Below, in pieces: positions 1 to 6,948 of a stretch of DNA of 64,000 nt (positions are counted from its first letter, which is position 1; each line of letters starts with the position of its first letter). A program made the position numbers and the translations under genes. A model generated the notes under the pieces. That model worked only from the letters and a program-made list of their open reading frames with translations, had not been told where the DNA came from and did no database searches. Source of the stretch: Nitrospinales bacterium (GTDB lineage Bacteria; Nitrospinota; Nitrospinia; Nitrospinales; VA-1); contig CBDCWG010000007.1 of the NCBI GenBank assembly GCA_965223345.1, positions 160,001 through 224,000 of the forward strand, given 5' to 3'.

Positions 1-182
1 AATACGGCGACGAGATCTACCTCGACCCGGTGTTCGCGCCCGGAAGCGCCGGGACCACCTGGACGCTCGCCGAGAAGGATTCCTCGGCCCTGGTGATTCA
101 ATTCGAGGACGGGCAGAAGGTCTGGCCCTCCAAGTACGCCAACCTCAACATGGCCTACCGCATGGTGCGGCCGCTCTCCTGA
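1..182 (+). CDS. 3' end of a gene entering from the left; possibly a DUF1566/Lcl C-terminal-like domain protein (partial)
   Basis: Frame 3 is open from base 3 to TGA at 180-182: YGDEIYLDPVFAPGSAGTTWTL...YRMVRPLS. The 'LDPVF...W(T/S)...R.VR' pattern resembles DUF1566 C-termini. Confidence 0.45.
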   Translation, partial: YGDEIYLDPVFAPGSAGTTWTLAEKDSSALVIQFEDGQKVWPSKYANLNMAYRMVRPLS

Positions 183-185
183 CGG

Positions 186-1796
186 TCAATTGCGATTCAG
201 CGCCGACAGGCTCGGCGGATAGACCACCGTCACCTCGGGCGCGTCGGGCCCCACATATTCGAACCAGGGCGCGACCTTGAAACGGATGCTGGCGACCTGG
301 GATTCGAAATTCTCGAACCGCTTGGGATGCATGCGCTGCACGCCCAGCTCCAGTTTCAGAATCCTGCCTGAAGGCAGAACCAGATCGGTGCCGGAGGATT
401 GTTTGAGATCGATCGCCACAGAACCGTTGCCCCCCCGGGTCACCATGTGGTTCCCTTCGGCCAGCGGGCGCGGCATCCCCTCCATCGACAAACGCCAGAT
501 GTAGCGGCTGTTGTAGCCGCGCGCGTGCGCCACCGGCAGCGCGGGATCGAGAAACTGCAGCTTGTCCCTGCCGTCCTCGCGCAGGAAATACACACTGGCG
601 GGCGTCCACTTGACGAGGTTTTTCTGGAAATTGTCCTTGCTCATGCGCAGGCAGCGTTCGTTTTTCTTCAGTTCCGCAACGGTCAGCCGCTTCTCGCGGA
701 ACAGGTCTTTGCGCAGCTCCAGCGCTTCCGGGGTGTGAAGAAAGCAGCTGCCCAGGCCGAGAACGGAGTCCCACTCACGGGACGGATTGTTTTTGAGGAC
801 CCCCTTGAGCCCCGCAACCAGTTTCTTCTCCAGTTTCGGATAGTAGCCCCGGCTCACCTCTTTCAGAACGCGCACCGCCTGATCCCAGTTTTTACGGTTC
901 AGCGCGTCGTCAAAATCCGCCAGCACGATTTCCGCAAACCCCTTGCCCGGCGCTTTGTCTTTGAAGTATTCCTTGCCGTCAAACACGTGCTTTTTCAGAT
1001 ACTGGTAGCGGGCCGGGTGGCTGTAGCGGAAATAAGGATAGTGGATGTAGGCGGCGATCGAATTGGCGAAGTCCTCCTGCAGGTTCTGGCGCGAGTAGGT
1101 CGGCAGGTGGCGGCGGGAGACCGGCGCGTAGTTGTCGATCTCGGGCCGGTTCAAAAACGTGTAGAGAAAATCGTCCCCCTGCTTGCCGTCCAGGGCGGGC
1201 ATGTGCAGCGTTTTGAAGCCGGAAAGCGCCAGCCACTCGCCGGAAAACGAGAGAAAGCCATTCGCCATGTCGAAGGCGTGCCCCATCTCGTGCTGCACGA
1301 TGTTGTTGAAATCCTCCGTGTCCTCATAGAACAGCGGTGTGTAAAATTCGATGCGCAGGTCCTGATCCTCGACGAACACCTTGTAGGATTTCAGCTTGCT
1401 CTCGTGAATGGTCACGTAGGTGGGCAGGGTCGCCGCGGGGATCTCATCGGGCGCGAAGTTTCCCGGCTGGGCGATGAACTCCCGCATGCGGTAAAACGCC
1501 TTGAGGCCGGGCAGACGGTAGAACGAGGGCGGCAGCTCGGCAAACGCGGCGTGTATTTTTTTGATCTCATCCGGGGTCCAGGCCTCTCCCAGACCTTCCA
1601 GCTCGTAGCCGTAGGCGGCCTTGAACTTGTCCTTGAGGCCCTGCACCTCTTCCTGGTAGTTGCCCTTGTACTCATAAAATTTCCGTTTCGGCGCCGGGGC
1701 CGCCGGATCGTCGGCCACAACCGGGATCGGCACCATAAGCCAAATCAAAACAACAACTAAAGTGCATACTGGCAGCGGGTTCCATCGTGTTTTCAT
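186..1796 (-). CDS. Secreted putative zinc metallopeptidase (HExxH)
   Basis: N-terminal signal peptide from MKTRWN (ATG at 1796). VQHEMGHAFD zinc motif followed by YSRQNLQEDFANS, a third-ligand-type motif. Confidence 0.65.
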   Translation of the reverse strand: MKTRWNPLPVCTLVVVLIWLMVPIPVVADDPAAPAPKRKFYEYKGNYQEEVQGLKDKFKAAYGYELEGLGEAWTPDEIKKIHAAFAELPPSFYRLPGLKAFYRMREFIAQPGNFAPDEIPAATLPTYVTIHESKLKSYKVFVEDQDLRIEFYTPLFYEDTEDFNNIVQHEMGHAFDMANGFLSFSGEWLALSGFKTLHMPALDGKQGDDFLYTFLNRPEIDNYAPVSRRHLPTYSRQNLQEDFANSIAAYIHYPYFRYSHPARYQYLKKHVFDGKEYFKDKAPGKGFAEIVLADFDDALNRKNWDQAVRVLKEVSRGYYPKLEKKLVAGLKGVLKNNPSREWDSVLGLGSCFLHTPEALELRKDLFREKRLTVAELKKNERCLRMSKDNFQKNLVKWTPASVYFLREDGRDKLQFLDPALPVAHARGYNSRYIWRLSMEGMPRPLAEGNHMVTRGGNGSVAIDLKQSSGTDLVLPSGRILKLELGVQRMHPKRFENFESQVASIRFKVAPWFEYVGPDAPEVTVVYPPSLSALNRN

Positions 1797-2000
1797 AAAA
1801 GCCTCATCGGGCAAAAAGGGGAACGGAATAGGATCAGCTTATCAGATGCGCGGGGCAAATGCGACCGAATGCTCGGGAAGCGCTGCCGGGGTTTTTGTGG
1901 GCTGCGGCGGCCATTTTTTTCAGGTAGGATGCACCTTTTTGCGGGTTGGTTCATCTAAACACAATCATCATCGTCACTTTAAAAAAAGGAGGTTGTTTCT

Positions 2001-2474
2001 ATGGCGAAGCTGCCTGGGATTGAGGAAAAACTGATCAAGCTGAATCCGGACTGGACGGTGGAAAACGCCGCATCCACGCCGCTGGAAAAAGAGGTTTCCA
2101 TAAACGATTTCAAAGGGAAACGGCTCATCGTGACGCTGCCAGGCGCAGGAGGCTTCTGCAACAAGGAACTGGATCTGGTGAAAGAGAACATGGCGCAGTT
2201 CAAGCAAGCCGGCGCCGATGAGGTCGTGGTCGTGGTCGGAACCGATATCCTGACCAACGCGGGCCGCGGACTGCCCAACCTGCTGCAGGACCCGGACCAG
2301 GCCTTCGCCAAGGCCAACAAGCTCAATCTGGAGGGGGTCCGCAGCCGTTACCTGCAGCGCTCCACCATCGCCGTGGACGCGGACGGCAACCAGCTGGCGC
2401 GCGAAGACGCGGAGCTTCTGGGATGCCGCCCCTTGAACGCGCTCGTGGACGTGGCGAAAAAAGCCTTCGGTTGA
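2001..2474 (+). CDS. Divergent peroxiredoxin/redoxin (AhpC-TSA-like) protein
   Basis: Strong AGGAGG RBS. 'FKGKRLIVTLPGAGGFCNKEL', 'LLQDPDQAFAK' and 'QRSTIAVDADG' match the Prx/thioredoxin-fold layout. Confidence 0.6.
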   Translation: MAKLPGIEEKLIKLNPDWTVENAASTPLEKEVSINDFKGKRLIVTLPGAGGFCNKELDLVKENMAQFKQAGADEVVVVVGTDILTNAGRGLPNLLQDPDQAFAKANKLNLEGVRSRYLQRSTIAVDADGNQLAREDAELLGCRPLNALVDVAKKAFG

Positions 2475-2481
2475 TCCCCAC

Positions 2482-2520
2482 AAAAAAACCTCCCTGGAAG
2501 GATTCCGGGGAGGTTTTTTT
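2482..2520. terminator. Intrinsic (possibly bidirectional) terminator
   Basis: AAAAAAACCTCCCTGGAA-GGA-TTCCGGGGAGGTTTTTTT: a stem-loop flanked by A and T tracts right after the redoxin stop. Confidence 0.8.
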
Positions 2521-2659
2521 CTTGCCCGCCGCATCCTGCCATCCAGCGAAACCCGCGCGCCCCTGTGTGAACGGTTCCTTTCGGCTATAAACAGCAACAA
2601 TTTAACTCAAAACATGCTAAAACTTTAAGGTCGAACTTCCAGTCACGGAGTCTGAAAGG

Positions 2660-3646
2660 GTGCCGACCCAGAACCGTTTTCCATTCCTCGAAATTCTCTG
2701 CAAAATCCTGGCGGTATTGTCCTTCGCCTTCGCGCTCAGCCTGCTGGGCGATCTGACCGGATGGTTTAAAAACGGTCTCCTCCTGTTCATCCTGGAAACC
2801 CTGTCGCCGGAAGGGCACCTCAAAAAAACCGAACCGGCTCACTATCAGGCGCTGTTTTTCAGTCTCTGGATATTTGGCTACAGCCTCATCACCCTCAAGC
2901 TGTATCTGCGCGCCGCCAACCCGCCCGCCGTCCGGTTTGGAATCACCTCCATCCTGGCGCTCGGCATTTGCACCTCTTTTTTCTTTGTCCGCCCTGCCCT
3001 GCAGTTCATCAACTTCAAGCCGCTGACGCAATACTCGCCGATTTTTTATGCGGAGGACGGGGTTTTCGAAACCCTGACGGCGATCCTGCTTTTTTTCGCC
3101 GCCATCCTGTTTTTCCGTTCCGCATGGATGGCCGGGCGCAAGGGGCAGGCCATCCCAATCCGCCTGCTGCTCGGGTCTCTGGGGCTGTTCTGCCTGTTTT
3201 TCTGCATGGAGGAGATCAGCTGGGGACAGCGGATCCTCGGCTGGGAAACGCCGGAGTGGGCGAAAAACATCAACTCGCAGCAGGAAACCAATCTCCACAA
3301 CCTGGTGAACAAGGTGGGAGAGGAAGATTTTCAGTTGCGCTACCTGCAGGTGATCTTCGACCTGACGTTCTCTTTGATGCTATTGGCGCTGGCCGGGCTG
3401 AAACACCGGATTCCCTACCCGCAGCTTCGGGGGCTTTTGCATCTGGAGAAATTCTATTTTCTCGCGATCTTCATCGCGATCGGCAGCCTGCTGCCGCACG
3501 AACTCAACGAAGAACTGCTGTCGCTGTTTTTTTTCATTTACAGCTACGATGTGCTCAAGCACATCCGCTCCCTGCCGGATTCGGAAACCGCAGCCCAACT
3601 CCCCGATGCTGAAATGGCCGCCGCCGAAACCGCGGAGGATTCATGA
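2660..3646 (+). CDS. Multi-pass membrane protein with EEISWGQR motif, function unknown
   Basis: Many hydrophobic segments. 'EDGVFE', 'MEEISWGQRILG' and 'NSQQETNLHN' are motifs of a widespread uncharacterised membrane family. Confidence 0.7.
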   Translation: MPTQNRFPFLEILCKILAVLSFAFALSLLGDLTGWFKNGLLLFILETLSPEGHLKKTEPAHYQALFFSLWIFGYSLITLKLYLRAANPPAVRFGITSILALGICTSFFFVRPALQFINFKPLTQYSPIFYAEDGVFETLTAILLFFAAILFFRSAWMAGRKGQAIPIRLLLGSLGLFCLFFCMEEISWGQRILGWETPEWAKNINSQQETNLHNLVNKVGEEDFQLRYLQVIFDLTFSLMLLALAGLKHRIPYPQLRGLLHLEKFYFLAIFIAIGSLLPHELNEELLSLFFFIYSYDVLKHIRSLPDSETAAQLPDAEMAAAETAEDS

Positions 3647-5335
3647 GCGGGTCTTTGCGATCAGACGATGCGGCTCGAGCACGCCTTCTCCGGTTTCGAG
3701 CCGCACCTCGAGCCCGGGATACCGCTTGAGTAATTCCTCACTCTGTGCCTTCGGCACCAGCAAAAAGACATCGGGTTTTTCCAGCACCGGCCGCAGCGCC
3801 TCTTGGCTGGACAGCCCTTGCACCGGTTTCGCGACATAAAACAGCAGGTCCTCATCGGCTGTTCCGTAATGGTAAACGGGTTTCTCCCCGGCGAGTTCTG
3901 CGGCTTGCTGCCCGAAGGGCTTGAGGGAAAGATAGGCGTTCAGGGCGCGGCCTCCCGGCCCGTGTGCGAGGATGAGGACCAGCAGCGTCGTCGCGGCCAT
4001 CGCTCCCCAGGCGTTAAGAAACCGGCCGCGCTGCAACGCGCGGCCCAGAAACCCGGCGATGGCAAACGCCACCAGTGCCAGCAGGATGAACACCCAGGCC
4101 GGAGGATAGTGATCCCGTATCAGAAACTTCGCCACCCAGCGGTCGTTGCGGTGCACAAACCCGGTCTGCTGAATCTGGGCACTCAATGTCTCGGGCGGCA
4201 GCCACAGCAAAAAAAGAAACACCACACCCCCCAAACCGACCAAGCCCGTGAACAGCCACAGCGTGCGCGCGACTCCCTGCGACACACCGCCTGCGCGGCC
4301 CGGCGCCACCAGGGCGTGCGCGATGATCAACATCGCAAACGGATACGCCGGCAGCAGATAGGCTTCGCGCTTTCCCGGAAACAGCGAGAGAAACAGGATG
4401 AGCGTCGCGCAGCAGAGCGACGGGTAAAGCCAGCGGACGTCGAGGTTCTTCACGCCCCAGACCAGCGCCACCGGCAGAAACAGGCTCCAGGGCGCGAGCC
4501 CCTTGAAGATGATGAGAAAATAGTAGTAAAACGGTTCGTGGTGGATGGCCACCGTTTCGGTGCCGGTGGTGCGGTCCACGGTCTCGCGCAGGATCATGGC
4601 CTTGAAGGCGTCGCCCCCTTCCACAAACCCCGCCGCCAGCCACAGCGCCGCCATCGCCAGCGGCACGAGGAGGAGCCGCGCCCACGGCGCCCAGGCCTTG
4701 TTCACCCGCGAATAGACGAACAAGGCCAGAAGCGGAAACAGCAGGCCCAGCGGGCCTTTGGTCAAAAGAGCCAGCCCCAGCGCAACCGCCGCAATCCAGG
4801 CGGCCTTGTTCCGCACCTCAGGGTCGGCGTCCTGTGTCATTCTCCAGAACGCCGCCAGCGCCAGCGTGATGAAAAACGTGAACAACAGATCGATGCGCGC
4901 GTTGGTGCTGAGATAGGAAAACTGCAACGCGGTGGCGGTCATCGCGCCCGCGAGAAAGCCGGTGACAGGCGTGAACAGCCAGAACCCCATGAGCGTGGTG
5001 AGAAACACCGTCGCCGTGCCGGCGAGCACCGAGGGCAGCCGGAGCGTGATCTCGTTCACGCCGCCGAGCAGCTTCGAGCAGGCCAGCCCCGCCCAGTAGA
5101 ACAGCGGCGGCTTGGTGCGGATGCGTTCGTCATTGATCTTGGGCAGCCAGACGCTCTCGCCTTGCGCCATGAGGGCCACCGGCACGCCTTCGCGCGCCTC
5201 GCGGCGCGACAAATCCGACTGGAACGTGCACCAGAGAAAAAACACGAACGCGATCGCCGCAGGGCTCCACAATAGAAGGGAGTGCAGCCGGGCCGGGTCG
5301 CGGGGTTCGGATGGATGCGGGTCGGGTGGGTTCAA
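3641..5335 (-). CDS. ArnT/PMT-family (GT39/GT83-like) glycosyltransferase
   Basis: 'KPPLFYW', 'RLPSVLAG', 'ARIDLL', 'LTKGPLG', 'HHEPFYYY' and 'KREAYLLPAYP'. Start is uncertain; the ORF-track extension to 5440 runs into a repeat. Confidence 0.8.
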   Translation of the reverse strand: MNPPDPHPSEPRDPARLHSLLLWSPAAIAFVFFLWCTFQSDLSRREAREGVPVALMAQGESVWLPKINDERIRTKPPLFYWAGLACSKLLGGVNEITLRLPSVLAGTATVFLTTLMGFWLFTPVTGFLAGAMTATALQFSYLSTNARIDLLFTFFITLALAAFWRMTQDADPEVRNKAAWIAAVALGLALLTKGPLGLLFPLLALFVYSRVNKAWAPWARLLLVPLAMAALWLAAGFVEGGDAFKAMILRETVDRTTGTETVAIHHEPFYYYFLIIFKGLAPWSLFLPVALVWGVKNLDVRWLYPSLCCATLILFLSLFPGKREAYLLPAYPFAMLIIAHALVAPGRAGGVSQGVARTLWLFTGLVGLGGVVFLFLLWLPPETLSAQIQQTGFVHRNDRWVAKFLIRDHYPPAWVFILLALVAFAIAGFLGRALQRGRFLNAWGAMAATTLLVLILAHGPGGRALNAYLSLKPFGQQAAELAGEKPVYHYGTADEDLLFYVAKPVQGLSSQEALRPVLEKPDVFLLVPKAQSEELLKRYPGLEVRLETGEGVLEPHRLIAKTRS

Positions 5336-5390
5336 CGCAATCGGCGGTGGAAGTGAGAGAAACCAGGAGACAGTTGCAATTACCGCTTTT

Positions 5391-5474
5391 TTGTCACGCT
5401 GAGGCCTTCGGCATGTTCTGGTCAGGCTCTGTCGAAGCATGCCCCGCCCCCCTTCGACAAGCTCAGGGTGACAA
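5391..5474. repeat. REP-like palindromic element, family A copy 1 (left arm interrupted)
   Basis: TTGTCACGCTGAG[insert]CTCTGTCGAAG-spacer-CTTCGACAAGCTCAGGGTGACAA. The termini are inverted repeats, and the element is homologous to 6881-6932 in the opposite orientation. Confidence 0.8.
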
Positions 5475-5570
5475 TCATCGGTATACAGACCTCAGGGGCG
5501 GATTGTAGCAGAATTTTTCCGTTGTGTTAGGATGGGAATCGAACCAAATTGCTACAGAGAGGCAAAGCGA

Positions 5571-5918
5571 ATGACGAAAGCCATCGAAACCCGGGACACG
5601 TTCAAACAGAAGCGCTCGTTTTTCCATCCCTACAGCGGCATGCTGATCATCGGGCTGGACTGGCTGTTCTTCGGCGTCTCATCCTTGAGCCTGGGGCTCA
5701 GCACGCCGGTGACCTGCGTGCTCGCCTTCTTCGCCACCTTCTTCGGGGTGGCTTCCATCCAGAAAAACCTGGCGGGCGATTCCGTCCCCGCCGCCTTCGG
5801 CAAGGGATTCATCGGCGGCATCTTCGCCGGCATCCCCACCGCCATCTCCGGCACCGCGCTGGGCGCGCTGATCCTCGCGATGTCCGGCCTCGGCACGAAA
5901 AAAAGCACTTCGCGTTGA
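5571..5918 (+). CDS. Small membrane protein, hypothetical
   Basis: GAGG RBS then ATG at 5571. Gly-rich hydrophobic helices and genome-typical codon usage. Confidence 0.65.
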   Translation: MTKAIETRDTFKQKRSFFHPYSGMLIIGLDWLFFGVSSLSLGLSTPVTCVLAFFATFFGVASIQKNLAGDSVPAAFGKGFIGGIFAGIPTAISGTALGALILAMSGLGTKKSTSR

Positions 5919-5929
5919 GGCGGTGCTTC

Positions 5930-6511
5930 TTATCTTCCCTTTAATTTCCGGTAGCGAAAACAATCCATGGTGTGGTCGTTGACCATGCCGACGGCCTGCA
6001 TGAAGGCGTAGCAGATGGTGGGGCCGACGAAGCGGAAGCCGCGTTTCTTGAGGTCCTTGCTCATGGCCTTGGCTTCGGCGGTCTCGGCGGGGATATGCGA
6101 GAGGGATTTGAATTTGTTCACGATCGGTGTGCCGCCGACGAACTGCCAGATGTAGCTATCGAACGATCCGAATTCTTTCACCACGTCGAGAAAGCTCTGC
6201 GCGTTTGTGATCGACGCGTCCACCTTCAGGCGGTTGCGGATGATGCCCGCATCGGCCAATAAGCGTTTCTTGTCTTTTGCCGTGTATCCGGAGATCTTTT
6301 TCGCGTCGAAACGGTGGTAGACCTTGCGGTAGTGCTCCCGCTTCTTGAGCACGGTGGACCAGCTCAGCCCGGCATGCGCGCCTTCCAGAATCAGAAATTC
6401 GAACAGCAGCCGGTCGTCGTGCACCGGCACGCCCCATTCCTCGTCGTGGTAGGCGACCATTAGGGGGTCTTCGCCCGCCCATTTGCAGCGCGTTTTCTTT
6501 CTGGCGTTCAT
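5930..6511 (-). CDS. tag: DNA-3-methyladenine glycosylase I
   Basis: 'RCKWA', 'YHDEEWGVP', 'LFEFLILEG.AGLSW', 'GIIRNRLK' and 'GFRFVGPTICYAFMQAVGMVNDH..DC'. Confidence 0.95.
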   Translation of the reverse strand: MNARKKTRCKWAGEDPLMVAYHDEEWGVPVHDDRLLFEFLILEGAHAGLSWSTVLKKREHYRKVYHRFDAKKISGYTAKDKKRLLADAGIIRNRLKVDASITNAQSFLDVVKEFGSFDSYIWQFVGGTPIVNKFKSLSHIPAETAEAKAMSKDLKKRGFRFVGPTICYAFMQAVGMVNDHTMDCFRYRKLKGR

Positions 6512-6561
6512 GGGATCGTCGTTTCGTGAGTTTGTATTTTGATCCTGCGTCGAGAAATACA

Positions 6562-6700
6562 GCCCCCCTCACCTCAAGCCACCACAAGTATTTTTGATGA
6601 GCGGGTGTCGAGTTTGACTCGACGCCTCATTAAACGGACTAAGAGGAAGTATTGTTTCCGCATCTCCGGTTTCCTTTGCGATCTTTGCGTCTTTGCGGTT
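6562..6700. repeat. ~130-nt dispersed element with conserved hairpin, family B copy 1
   Basis: Aligns by eye with 31382-31507 through the blocks GCCCCC.TCACC.CAAGCCAC, ATGAGCGGGTG.CGAG...CTCG, AGAGGAA and TCTCCGGTTT.CTTTGCG. Confidence 0.7.
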
Positions 6701-6801
6701 GAAAATAATCTTTTGTTTTTTTTGACTCAATGAAATAACCCTTATTCGTTGCAATATTTTTGAAATGCGGTTTGAACCGCAAAGGCGCAAAGAACGCAAA
6801 G
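6674..6801. repeat. Inverted pair of 27-nt (CGCAAAG)x3 arms, 74 nt apart
   Basis: The reverse complement of 6674-6700 is AACCGCAAAGACGCAAAGATCGCAAAG; 6775-6801 is AACCGCAAAGGCGCAAAGAACGCAAAG (2 mismatches). Confidence 0.85.
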
Positions 6802-6880
6802 TGTCGAAATCCCATACTGTGCTTTCTGTGCCATTGTAAAAGGCAACTATGCAACTCGCACCGACTGAGAAAAAGCCTGG

Positions 6881-6932
6881 GCTGAGCTTGTCGAAGGGTG
6901 CCGGGTCATGCTTCGACAAGCTCAGCATGACA
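6881..6932. repeat. REP-like palindromic element, family A copy 2
   Basis: Perfect 16-bp inverted repeat GCTGAGCTTGTCGAAG (6881-6896) / CTTCGACAAGCTCAGC (6911-6926) with a 14-nt spacer. Confidence 0.85.
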
Positions 6933-6948
6933 GAGGATGCAATCCGCT

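Noticed and set aside
6360..6395. Tag motif reads EGAHAGLSW rather than the common EGAQAGLSW
   Set aside because: A single substitution with all other motifs and zinc ligands intact; not enough to claim altered function.
5391..6932. Repeats considered as a CRISPR array or integron attC sites
   Set aside because: No regularly spaced direct repeats with unique spacers, no cas or intI gene, and no clear RYYYAAC/GTTRRRY ends.
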